Source: Pseudomonadota bacterium (lineage in GTDB: Bacteria; Desulfobacterota; Desulfobulbia; Desulfobulbales; Desulfocapsaceae). From it: a DNA stretch of 64,000 bases. A program made the translations under genes and the position numbers. The notes under the pieces are model-generated. The model saw nothing but the letters and a program-made list of their open reading frames with translations. It ran no database searches and was not told the origin of the DNA. Positions 1 through 8,796 of this stretch are shown here, one piece after another. Location: NCBI GenBank assembly GCA_018820855.1, contig JAHJNL010000044.1, positions 14,808-78,807 on the forward strand, written 5' to 3'. Position 1 is the first letter of the stretch; each line of letters begins with the position of its first letter.

Positions 1-915
1 GAGGACGGTGGTGGCTCCTTTCAGCAGGGGACCGTAAATGATGTAGGAATGACCTACAACCCAGCCAACATCGGAGGCTGACCAGAAGACGTCCCCGGCA
101 TCAATGTTATAGATGTTTTTCATGGACCAGTGGATGGCCACGGCATGGCCGCCGTTGTCGCGCATGACACCCTTGGGCATGCCGGTGGTACCGGAAGTAT
201 AAAGGATATAGAGAGGGTCGGTTGCCAGGACAGGAACACAGTCAGCAGGTTGGCTTGCCGCTTCCAGTTCCTGCCAGTCAAGGTCTCTTCCTTCCTGTAT
301 CTCGGCATGTATCACCTTCCGCTGGAAAACGATGCATTTTTCCGGTTTATGGTCAGATTGCTCAATGGCCCTGTCTACCAGGGGTTTGTAGGCAATAATT
401 TTTTTCCCCTCTACGGCTCCTGAAGCAGTGATCAGAACCTTTGGGCGGGCATGATCGATGCGGATGGCGAGTTCGCTTGCGGCAAAGCCGCCAAAGACGA
501 CGGAATGGACAGCACCGAGTCGGGCACAGGCCAGCATGGCCACAGCTGCCTCGGGGATCATGGGCATGTAGATAATGACGGTGTCACCCTTGCTTACTCC
601 CTGGCTTTTCAGGCCACCGGCAAAGTGAGCCACCCGCTCCTGCAGTTCTTTATAGCTGATTTTGGCAATGCTATCTGTAACTGGTGAGTCATAGATGATG
701 GCGGTCTGTTCACCACGACCAGATTCCACATGGCGATCCACTGCATTGTAACAGGTGTTGAGTTCACCGCCTGCAAACCAGCGATAGAAAGGAGGATTGG
801 AAGCATCAAGGACCTTGTCACACTTCTTGATCCAGTTGATGCCTTCTGCGGCTTTGGCCCAGAATTCTTCAGGCTGTTCAATGCTCTGTTGGAAAAATGT
901 GTCGAGTTGTCCCAT
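1..915 (-). CDS. prpE: Propionate--CoA ligase / acyl-CoA synthetase (N-terminal part; 3' end lies outside the window)
   Basis: Absent from the ORF track because it runs off the window. My reverse translation from the ATG at complement 913-915 gives MGQLDTFFQQSIEQPEEFWAKAAEGINWIKKCDKVLDASNPPFYRWFAGGELNTCYNAVDRHV. Further on it shows the AMP-binding signature YTSGTTGMPKG and GWVVGHSYIIYGPL. It is collinear with E. coli PrpE as I recall it. Confidence 0.8.
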   Translation of the reverse strand, partial: MGQLDTFFQQSIEQPEEFWAKAAEGINWIKKCDKVLDASNPPFYRWFAGGELNTCYNAVDRHVESGRGEQTAIIYDSPVTDSIAKISYKELQERVAHFAGGLKSQGVSKGDTVIIYMPMIPEAAVAMLACARLGAVHSVVFGGFAASELAIRIDHARPKVLITASGAVEGKKIIAYKPLVDRAIEQSDHKPEKCIVFQRKVIHAEIQEGRDLDWQELEAASQPADCVPVLATDPLYILYTSGTTGMPKGVMRDNGGHAVAIHWSMKNIYNIDAGDVFWSASDVGWVVGHSYIIYGPLLKGATTVL

Positions 916-1156
916 GATCGTCCTCACTGGTCTGATGGTGTCAATACTGTTACGAACAAGCGCATAAGATTGACTGTTTTATACCGGAAAGATGCATGTA
1001 GTTCAAGGTTTGCAGGGGAGGCGAGGTCCTTTTTGTTTTCCTTCTTCAGTTTTTTTTTTCACTGTAGTATGTTTATGTATATCATTAATGGGAAAGGAGA
1101 TCCTGTTCTTAATTATATATTTTCTGTTGGCGTAACCATTTTTATGGAAAGGATGC

Positions 1157-2809
1157 ATGGGGGGAGATCAGAAACAATCCATTTTGCTCATAGATAACGA
1201 CATCATTAATCTGGCCACCGTGGAAACGGTATTGAAAGATCTTGATGTGGATGTTGTTGTCGCTGAGCATGCCGAGATGATATTGGATTTGGTTATGGAA
1301 CAGAATTTCGCCGTGATTCTTCTTGCGGTGAACGTTTCAGATCCGGAACCTTTTGAGCGGGTTCGCATTCTTGGTGAAAGTGAACAGGTCGGTCACACCC
1401 CTGTAATTTTTCAGGCAGAGGCAGAAGAGATAGGTGGTTTGCTGGAGCAGGGTTATGCTGCAGGCGCTGTCGATTTTCTTGAAAAACCGGTGAATCCCAT
1501 TGTTTTGAAGGCCAAGGTCAAAGTCTTTCTTGAGCTGGCCGCCCGCCAGCAACAGCTGGAGCTTGCTACCAGCAAGGTCCATGAACAGAATCTGAAGCTG
1601 GAACAGCGGGCTATACGGGATGGCCTGACCGGACTGTACAATCATAATCATCTGCAGGAACAGCTGGCCCGGGAAGTATCTCGGGCTCGGCGTTATAAAA
1701 CTTCTCTTTCAATATTTCTTCTTGATCTTGATTTTTTCAAGGATGTAAACGATTCCTGTGGGCATCCCTTTGGTGATTTTGTGCTCAAAGAATTTACAGC
1801 GAGGGTGCAGGCGGATCTGCGAAAGTCTGATATATTCGGCCGCTATGGAGGAGAGGAGTTTTTGGTCATTCTTCCCAATATTGACGGGAAGCAGGCGGAA
1901 GTCGTTGCTGAAAAGATCAGGACCAAGATCGCTTCCACTGTCTTTACCAACAATCGTTATACCCGCTATGTGACGGTTTCCATAGGTGTCTATTCAGGCT
2001 TCGGTGATGATACTGCGCCTCCCGGAATAATTGTTGATTATGTAGATAATGCCCTCTATCAGGCCAAGGCCGACGGCCGCAATCGTATTGTCCACTACCG
2101 GGCACCTAAGGGCAGTGTGCACGGACTGGAAAATCACATCAAGGATGCCATTGACTCTTCCCAGCAGAGTCAGCTCAATGCCACCATCGAAAAGGCCCGT
2201 GCCATGACCATCGCCTCATTTGAGGCCATGGTGCATGCTCAGACTCGAGAATATGATATGTTGGTGGATCGTAATGATCTTTTTAATAAGATCCTGGATC
2301 AGCTCACGAAAAAACTGAATCTTCCCGAAAAGCTCATCCATTCATTTCGCCGTGCCATCAAGCTGCACGACCTCTTCCGCTGCTATATTCATGACAGTTC
2401 TCTGGAGACAGAAGGGCCGCTCAATAAGGAACAGGAGGATATGCTTTTTGATCAGCCCCTCATGCTCCGGGAACTGACAACCATGTTTGATTTTTTTGCC
2501 TCTGAACGGGTGATCCTCTATTCTCATCATGAGCATTATGACGGTTCAGGATACCCGGACGGCCTGAGGGGCAATGAAATTCCCATGGCTTCACGTATAT
2601 TTACACTCATTGATTCATATGTCGCCATGATTTCTCCAGTGTGTGAAAAGGGTGGTATGAGTATCAAAGAAGTGCAGGAAGAGCTTTGTACGCACTCTGG
2701 AGGCCAGTTCGATCCTTTCCTCGTAGATATGTTGCTGAAGGTCATCAGGGAAGAGCATTCCTTGTCTGATCTGGAGGAGTTGCCAGATGCTTCGACGGAC
2801 GGATACTAA
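1157..2809 (+). CDS. Receiver-like domain / GGDEF diguanylate cyclase / HD-GYP phosphodiesterase fusion protein
   Basis: 550-aa ORF. The CheY-like N-terminus (LLIDNDI, ILLAVNV, LEKPV) has Ala at the phospho-acceptor position. The GGDEF domain has I-site RKSD followed by GGEEF. The HD-GYP domain has KLHDLF and HHEHYDGSGYPDGL. Confidence 0.85.
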   Translation: MGGDQKQSILLIDNDIINLATVETVLKDLDVDVVVAEHAEMILDLVMEQNFAVILLAVNVSDPEPFERVRILGESEQVGHTPVIFQAEAEEIGGLLEQGYAAGAVDFLEKPVNPIVLKAKVKVFLELAARQQQLELATSKVHEQNLKLEQRAIRDGLTGLYNHNHLQEQLAREVSRARRYKTSLSIFLLDLDFFKDVNDSCGHPFGDFVLKEFTARVQADLRKSDIFGRYGGEEFLVILPNIDGKQAEVVAEKIRTKIASTVFTNNRYTRYVTVSIGVYSGFGDDTAPPGIIVDYVDNALYQAKADGRNRIVHYRAPKGSVHGLENHIKDAIDSSQQSQLNATIEKARAMTIASFEAMVHAQTREYDMLVDRNDLFNKILDQLTKKLNLPEKLIHSFRRAIKLHDLFRCYIHDSSLETEGPLNKEQEDMLFDQPLMLRELTTMFDFFASERVILYSHHEHYDGSGYPDGLRGNEIPMASRIFTLIDSYVAMISPVCEKGGMSIKEVQEELCTHSGGQFDPFLVDMLLKVIREEHSLSDLEELPDASTDGY

Positions 2810-3701
2810 ACAGGCTTTACTCTATAAACGGGTCGCTGCCTGTGTTGAGGATTTCGCTCCCCTGCCGTCAGTGGCTATGCGGGTTATGGAGCTGGTATCT
2901 GATCCGGAGACCACGGCCGCCGATCTTGAGACTGTGCTCAGGGGCGATGTATCTTTGGTTGCCGCAGTCTTGAAGCTTGCCAATTCTGCCTTCTACGGAT
3001 TGCGGAGACAGGTGATTTCTCTCAAGCATGCCCTCGTCCTTCTTGGCAAGAGTGAGGTTCAGAACCTGGTGCTGGCCAGAATTCTGTTCCAGGCATTCAA
3101 GCTTTCCGACAGTCGGCAACGTGTTTTGGTGACCGGCATCTGGCGACATTCGTTGGCGTGCGCTCTGGCTGCAGAATGCATTGCAGAGCAGGTTCACGAA
3201 GGGAGTCAGCTCTTTTTTTTAGGTGGCATGCTCCATGATATCGGAAAGCTGTTGGTCGTCAGTGAATTTTCCCAGGAAATTGAAGAAATAGGGCATTATG
3301 GTCAGCTCATTGGGGCGGAGGATCTGGAGATTGAACTGGGGATTCTCGGCTGCGGGCATAATGAACTGGGAGCTCAGCTTCTCTATCGCTGGATGTTCCC
3401 GGCCAGCCTGGTACAGATGGTTGGTGAACATCATGACTATGAACGGATAGCAGAATGTGAACATGCCAGCCAGCTCCTGATTCTTGCGGATTTGTTGTGC
3501 AGATTGACTGCCATGAAGGATTGGGAGAATGACATGGGAAGAGCGGGGACAGAGAGTGAAAAAGTCCAATCTCTTCTACTCAGCTGCGGAAGGATCTCCC
3601 GCATTATAGCGGATGAGCAGGCGTTGGAGAAAATGGAAGATGCATATCGGCAACGACTTAAAGAGCGGGCCGACCTTCTTGATCTGCTGATGGCAGGATG
3701 A
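2787..3701 (+). CDS. HDOD domain-containing signalling protein
   Basis: 304-aa ORF that overlaps the upstream gene by 23 nt. It has an HDOD-type N-terminus, LPSVAMRVMELVSDPETTAADLETVLRGDVSLVAAVLKLANSAFYGL, and later GGMLHDIGKL. Confidence 0.8.
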   Translation: MLRRTDTKQALLYKRVAACVEDFAPLPSVAMRVMELVSDPETTAADLETVLRGDVSLVAAVLKLANSAFYGLRRQVISLKHALVLLGKSEVQNLVLARILFQAFKLSDSRQRVLVTGIWRHSLACALAAECIAEQVHEGSQLFFLGGMLHDIGKLLVVSEFSQEIEEIGHYGQLIGAEDLEIELGILGCGHNELGAQLLYRWMFPASLVQMVGEHHDYERIAECEHASQLLILADLLCRLTAMKDWENDMGRAGTESEKVQSLLLSCGRISRIIADEQALEKMEDAYRQRLKERADLLDLLMAG

Positions 3702-3884
3702 ACCCCTGCATCAGAAATATCTGCGTCAAAGTGTGGGAGCATGAGTTGGTTGTTTATTTAAAAGTGAAAACCTGGTCTTTCAGGCCAGCTCAGAGTAAAT
3801 TGGCTCAGCCGTTTTTATGATGTACCTCTTCGTTTTCTTTGCTGAACTTTATGCCCGCCAGGGTGCAAAGAAAACGAAGCAAAA

Positions 3885-4010
3885 GAAAGGGCTCCCGTGT
3901 CTCTGGGGCCTTCGGACTTCCTTGCGCTCCTCGAAGTTGCCGGGAGTTTGAAAACTCGCTTCGCTCAAACAGTTCAAACTCCTAAATCGGCACCTTCTGT
4001 GGTGCTCAGC
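3885..4010. repeat. REP/MITE-like structured intergenic element with nested hairpins
   Basis: A 10-bp perfect stem GGAGTTTGAA (3943-3952) pairs with TTCAAACTCC (3973-3982) around a CGCTTCGCTCAAAC loop. A second imperfect palindrome, CTTCGG...TCGAAG, lies just upstream. The ORFs overlapping it on both strands (3849-4103, 3897-4217) look non-coding. Confidence 0.4.
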
Positions 4011-4200
4011 CAGTGCCAATGGGATGAAGTAAAACAACCCATTGCAGGGGTTGTCAAGGCCGGGTGCTCTGAGCCCGGATTTATAATTATCTTGATAAAA
4101 CATACCCAGGCGGCGCTTTCGTCTTTTCAGGATATCCCTGCTGTTTTTCCAAAGGTAGAGGAGTCCATCAAGCTATTTTTGTGGCCAGCAGGCTCGTTGC

Positions 4201-6738
4201 CTATTCCCTGTTTCTGAAGGTAGCCAGAGAGCCGGGGTGATGCATTTCATCCTCCATCTCTATGGTATGGCAGACAGCACAGCCCTTGTCTGCGGCAATG
4301 GGATACCGGGAGTTTTGATACTGAAGGGGCTGGAGAGCCCCGATTGCTGCACCATAGCGATTTTTTGCCGGATACAGAGAATGTGGCTGGCCGTGGCAGG
4401 AAGAACAGAGAACCACAGCGGCCTCACCCATGCGGTTATGGAATAATCCCTCACTGTTTTCCGTCCAGGAATTGAAAGCATCATCTGTTTCCGGGGGTTG
4501 AAAGTCCACATGACAGGTGAGACAGTCGGGTTCCATGGTCCACGGAGCGCGTGGGTTGATAGCAGCAATGGCAACTTCGGTCTTGTCGGCAATGAAAGAG
4601 AGGAGTTTTTCTGCCTGGCCATTTTTCTCTTCTTTCTTCAGGAGGCCTGCGGCATGATCGGCCAGTGAACCGTGGCAGTTGCTGCAAGAGAGGTCCAGTT
4701 GTTTGTGGATGCCGTCGAAGGAGTGACTGGCCCCGGTTTCACTTGATGAATGGCAGAGGATGCAGCTGTTGCCTTCAGCGTTGAACAGCAGTCCGGCATG
4801 AAAGCCGTGCATGGCAGCGGAAAGGCTGAGGAGGCCGGGCCTGCTTTCTGTGCCGCGGCTGAAGTCGCCGTGGCAGGACGAGCAGACCACTGTCTTGCCC
4901 CTGGAAAAATCGGCACTGAGATCGGTGTTGCTGCGCTTATCGTGGATTGCCAGGATTCCTGCAGCTGTAGCTCGGGAAAGACCGGATTTGCCATCCTGTC
5001 GCCAGCTGCCTCCGTGACAGTTGCGGCAGCCGAGTTCTGTGGAAATTCCCAGTTTGACTTTGGTTGAGGCGACGATTTTCCCTTCTATTTCAGCCTGCAG
5101 TTCAGCGATGAGAAAAGGACGATAGGGTATGGAGACGGCAGGGATTTCAGATAATGTGGTCTCAAAATAGCCGTCTTGTGGGGCGAGACTTCCCTGCAAT
5201 TGACCTTTTCCTGTCTCCAGGCGGTAGCTGATAGTGACCCCATCCGAGATAAGGCTGGGGCTGGCATCGCGGAAAATGAGCTGGGCACGAAGGGTTGGTG
5301 GGCCGTAAGAGATATCAATTCCGGATTCTTCCGGCTCTGAAGAGAGGATGGTGCCAAGTGTCGGTCCAGCGAGAAGAACGTACTCGGAGGTCTCCGGGTC
5401 AAAGGGGAGTGGGGCAACGGTAACCGGGGTGATCTCTGCAGGCACAGTGGCAAAGCGCGGTACCATCCGCGTGGTGAGATACTCTGTCAGGATGGCTGCT
5501 TCTTCTTTATTTCCGGGAAAAGGGGGCATGTAGGGGTTGGCGGTGCCCATGCTGTTGATAAAGGCCAGCATGCCTTCCGGGGTGTATTTTCTGGCCTGAA
5601 GGGTCAGGTCGTTGAGCGGTCCCCCTTCGGAGTGGCATGGCAGACAGAGCAGGGTGGAGAGTTCTTTTCCGGCAGCCATGCGGTTTTCTGGTGTTATTAT
5701 CCGTTCTTTAATCCAGCGGGCTGTCGGCAGGACACCGCGTTCCTGTACCTGGGCAAGATCCTTTTTCAGGATGGAATTGGAGTACATGAAGTCATAAATA
5801 ATAAAAGGCCTGCGCCCACCTTCGCGGATGAATTCAAAGCTGCCCATATAGAGAAAGCCGAGAATAAGCAGGATCCAGGCCAAAGGTCGGACTACGGCCT
5901 GAGGACGTAAGGCGGCAATAAGCAGGCCTCCGGCAAAGAGAATTGGTGAGAGAAAAATGAAGCCGGAGAGGAAGGGCTTGAGTGCAGGCGAGGTGAAAAA
6001 GATCATCTGCTGCTGGGCAGGAGGCAGTGCACTTTTATACCACAGGGCAGAGCCAAGGAGCAGGAGCAAGGGGGCCATGAGCCAGAGTCCGCAGTAACGG
6101 ACCATCTTGTGTCTCAGGGCACTGTCTTTGAGGTTGGCGCTGGTGAGAAAACCGAAGAGGCCTGCTATCATGAGCGCCAGAAATGTTCTGAAAAAGAGGG
6201 CGGGCCAGAAGGTGGGATTGAAAAAGCCAGCCCAGAAACTGTTGTTGTGCAGCCAGTTGCCCGGCGTGAGCATGAAGTCGATGACTCCATTGATGACAAA
6301 GAGGGAGAGCCAGGCACAAGCAAAATAGATCCAGCCGAGGATCAGATGGTTGCGGGAGCTGATCTTGTTGAAGGAGTAGTAGTAGAGAAGGAGTGCGACA
6401 ATCTCGCCGACAAAAAAGACCCATTCAGTAGCCCAGGCAAAGACAAAGATATGGATGAGTGCTGAGGTGGCGGCAGGACTGAGCAGGGCAATGGTGAACC
6501 ATATTCCCACCCCGGTGAGCCCCCCAAAGACCATGGTCAGGAGGAGGAAAAACCTGGCATGTCTCCTGGTATATTCGAGAATGGCCGGGGATTTTTCACG
6601 CAACCCCTTGAGCTCTGTGAGGACCAGAAAGAGGCCGCCTCCCACCGCAAAATGGGCAACATAGACGTGGACCACGGCAATGAGGGCAATGAGGGTACCC
6701 CCGCCAAAGGCATCGAGGAGCCATGTTGGATAATTCAT
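4201..6738 (-). CDS. Polytopic membrane protein fused to a periplasmic octahaem c-type cytochrome domain (possibly cytochrome bd superfamily-like membrane part)
   Basis: 845-aa ORF. The first ~330 aa are very hydrophobic, about 8-9 TM by eye. Eight CXXCH motifs follow: CLPCH, CRNCH, CSSCH, CILCH, CSNCH, CLTCH, CSSCH, CAVCH. The first lies in a class-I-like segment with a downstream PYMPPF. The start overlaps the upstream stop (ATGA at 6735-6738). Confidence 0.8.
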   Translation of the reverse strand: MNYPTWLLDAFGGGTLIALIAVVHVYVAHFAVGGGLFLVLTELKGLREKSPAILEYTRRHARFFLLLTMVFGGLTGVGIWFTIALLSPAATSALIHIFVFAWATEWVFFVGEIVALLLYYYSFNKISSRNHLILGWIYFACAWLSLFVINGVIDFMLTPGNWLHNNSFWAGFFNPTFWPALFFRTFLALMIAGLFGFLTSANLKDSALRHKMVRYCGLWLMAPLLLLLGSALWYKSALPPAQQQMIFFTSPALKPFLSGFIFLSPILFAGGLLIAALRPQAVVRPLAWILLILGFLYMGSFEFIREGGRRPFIIYDFMYSNSILKKDLAQVQERGVLPTARWIKERIITPENRMAAGKELSTLLCLPCHSEGGPLNDLTLQARKYTPEGMLAFINSMGTANPYMPPFPGNKEEAAILTEYLTTRMVPRFATVPAEITPVTVAPLPFDPETSEYVLLAGPTLGTILSSEPEESGIDISYGPPTLRAQLIFRDASPSLISDGVTISYRLETGKGQLQGSLAPQDGYFETTLSEIPAVSIPYRPFLIAELQAEIEGKIVASTKVKLGISTELGCRNCHGGSWRQDGKSGLSRATAAGILAIHDKRSNTDLSADFSRGKTVVCSSCHGDFSRGTESRPGLLSLSAAMHGFHAGLLFNAEGNSCILCHSSSETGASHSFDGIHKQLDLSCSNCHGSLADHAAGLLKKEEKNGQAEKLLSFIADKTEVAIAAINPRAPWTMEPDCLTCHVDFQPPETDDAFNSWTENSEGLFHNRMGEAAVVLCSSCHGQPHSLYPAKNRYGAAIGALQPLQYQNSRYPIAADKGCAVCHTIEMEDEMHHPGSLATFRNRE

Positions 6739-7799
6739 GAGCGTACCTCCTTATCGGTAAGAACCAGGCGAATCATGTACCAGATAAGGCCGATCCCGGC
6801 GGCAAAGATCAGGAGAAAGGCGAGAAGGGGCGAGTACTGGGGGACAACTTGCAGATCAGAGGTCTTGAACCAGGGGGCAAGGGTCAGTCGTCTGGCAAAT
6901 TCACGAACCAGAACCATGCAGAAGAGGGCGGCCAGGAGAGAATAGGCGGCAGGGCGTACCCGATGCAGGAGTCCGTAAATGAGAGAGAAGATCGCGCAGA
7001 CAATCCCGAGGAGAAGAAAGACCAGAAAAAAAATGCTGCCGTCACCGGTGAGGGTTCGCACCGATGCGGGAAGGCTTCCCCAGTACCAGGTGCCGGCACC
7101 GAAATTGAGGATGGTGGCCCCGGCAAACCAGTTCATGCCGGTAGAAATCCCAATATCGCAATCGGTGTCGCCTCGTCGCTTTTTGAAATCATAATAGAGA
7201 CCGATGGTCAGACCGCCTACGGCCAGCGAAGCGAAGACAGAGTGGAGAAAACGAGGAAACAGAGTCGGATCTGTGAGATTGAGCAGGGTTCCCCGAGGGT
7301 TGGCAAAATAGGCAGACCAGCTTTCCGGATTGACCATGAGAGCCAGGTTGCAGGTAAAGAGAAAGGCGACGACCAGGAGGGATACGGCTATGGCACCGCT
7401 GAGCACTATGTGAAAGTCAGAGGCTCTGTCGTAGGTCAGGCTGTAGATATAGGTTCCGTAATAGGTGAGAATAAGGATTCCGACAATCAGGAGCCAATAT
7501 GTGGCCATGAGCACTGAGCTCGCGTACATGAAATGGCCGTAGAGCACCTGGAGAAAGAGGAGAGGAGCAACGCCAAAGTTGATGGTAAAGGCCACTGTGA
7601 AGGGGAGTTTACCGGAAATCATCTTGTTGGTCTCTGTGCTCTTTCCGGCTGCGTGTCGGAAAAAGGTGATGAGCGAACAGCCAAGGAGGACGTTCATCAG
7701 CACCAGATGGAGAAAAAATGTGACGGTGAGAAGGATCTGAAACCAGCCCCAAGGGACCTGGAGAACATCAGGGGTCGGGATAAGCTGGGTTGCTGTCAT
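6735..7799 (-). CDS. Polytopic membrane protein (~9 TM), partner subunit of the membrane/octahaem protein
   Basis: 354-aa ORF, hydrophobic throughout, with a His in the first TM helix (TVTFFLHLVLMNVLLG). It is translationally coupled to the downstream gene through a 4-nt overlap. I recognised no soluble domain. Confidence 0.7.
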   Translation of the reverse strand: MTATQLIPTPDVLQVPWGWFQILLTVTFFLHLVLMNVLLGCSLITFFRHAAGKSTETNKMISGKLPFTVAFTINFGVAPLLFLQVLYGHFMYASSVLMATYWLLIVGILILTYYGTYIYSLTYDRASDFHIVLSGAIAVSLLVVAFLFTCNLALMVNPESWSAYFANPRGTLLNLTDPTLFPRFLHSVFASLAVGGLTIGLYYDFKKRRGDTDCDIGISTGMNWFAGATILNFGAGTWYWGSLPASVRTLTGDGSIFFLVFLLLGIVCAIFSLIYGLLHRVRPAAYSLLAALFCMVLVREFARRLTLAPWFKTSDLQVVPQYSPLLAFLLIFAAGIGLIWYMIRLVLTDKEVRS

Positions 7800-8222
7800 T
7801 GGAGCACCTCTTGTTTACACATATTTCCGGTTGTCAAAAATGATGGCGGCACAAAAAATAAGATTCTTTGCTGGTCAGAAAGAAACCTCCATATGTGAGC
7901 TCTGCATCATTGAAGGGCTGAGATGTACAATAATGATACGCTGCAGTGATTGAGAATATGCCATCATGGGGCGGTTGAATAACTATGCATAGTGCCAGCA
8001 AAGGTATCGGTCTGGCAGTGTAACGAATGAATGAGGTAATGCGGTGTTGCTTAGTGGTAACGGTACGTGAGACAGAAAAACCTGTTCTCTCAGGAGTTGG
8101 CGTCTACCGGTACTCCATTGCTGCTGGCCGTAAAGGGGTGTCGAGAAGCAATCTTTAGGTTAAATTATATAATGTTACCTTGCTAAATGCAAAAAAAAAC
8201 CACTGAAACATAAAAAAAGTGT

Positions 8223-8264
8223 TTGACTGGAGCCTGGTATGTGATATATGAGATATTAAATATC
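8223..8264 (+). promoter_or_regulatory. Candidate sigma70 promoter plus palindromic operator upstream of the Rrf2 gene
   Basis: TTGACT (8223-8228), a 16-nt spacer, then an extended -10, TGaTATATG (8242-8250). A perfect palindrome GATATTAAATATC (8252-8264) follows directly, about 30 nt before the Rrf2 start. Confidence 0.35.
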
Positions 8265-8295
8265 CTATTTGTCTGGTAAGGAGGGCGGTTGCAGT

Positions 8296-8739
8296 ATGAG
8301 GTTGACACGTGCTGGAGAATATGCTGTCAGGTGTATGATTTGCCTGGCGCACAAAGGGGTCGGGGTTCTGGCTTCCAAGCAGGAAATTGCTGAACGGGCG
8401 GATATTCCCACCCATTTTCTGGCGAAGATCGCTCAGGACCTGGCTCGTGCGCACCTGATAGAGATCCGGCAGGGTTCCAGGGGCGGCTATGTTCTGCTCA
8501 AGGACCCTGCAGAGGTGACGCTGCTTGAGGTGGTGGAGGTGATGATCGGGGAGATTACTCTCAACGATTGTGTGGGCAGGCCGGAAAACTGCATGGCAAG
8601 TAAGCGCTGTGCCGTGCACAGGGTCTGGGAAGAAGCGCGTAATCAGCTGCGGCAGACTCTGGGCGATGTTACCTTTGCCCAACTGATAGAAGAGGAATCT
8701 TGTATTCCGGTGTTTCCTGTGCATAATATAAAGAGATAA
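8296..8739 (+). CDS. Rrf2 family transcriptional regulator (probable Fe-S cluster-binding type)
   Basis: MRLTRAGEYAVRCMICLA is a typical Rrf2 wHTH N-terminus. The three-Cys cluster C-x6-C-x5-C (NDCVGRPENCMASKRCAVH) is present. RBS AAGGAGGG precedes the ATG at 8296. I judge the track start at 8269 to be an upstream extension. Confidence 0.85.
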   Translation: MRLTRAGEYAVRCMICLAHKGVGVLASKQEIAERADIPTHFLAKIAQDLARAHLIEIRQGSRGGYVLLKDPAEVTLLEVVEVMIGEITLNDCVGRPENCMASKRCAVHRVWEEARNQLRQTLGDVTFAQLIEEESCIPVFPVHNIKR

Positions 8740-8796
8740 AACAGATCTTAATTGTCACAGGGTTAGAGGTTTTTAGAGAAAGAAGGAGGGGAAAAT

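Noticed and set aside
3849-4217. 84-aa and 106-aa ORFs in the gap between the HDOD gene and the multihaem operon
   Set aside because: They overlap each other on opposite strands across a palindromic element. They have no RBS or motifs, so I interpret this as a non-coding repeat.
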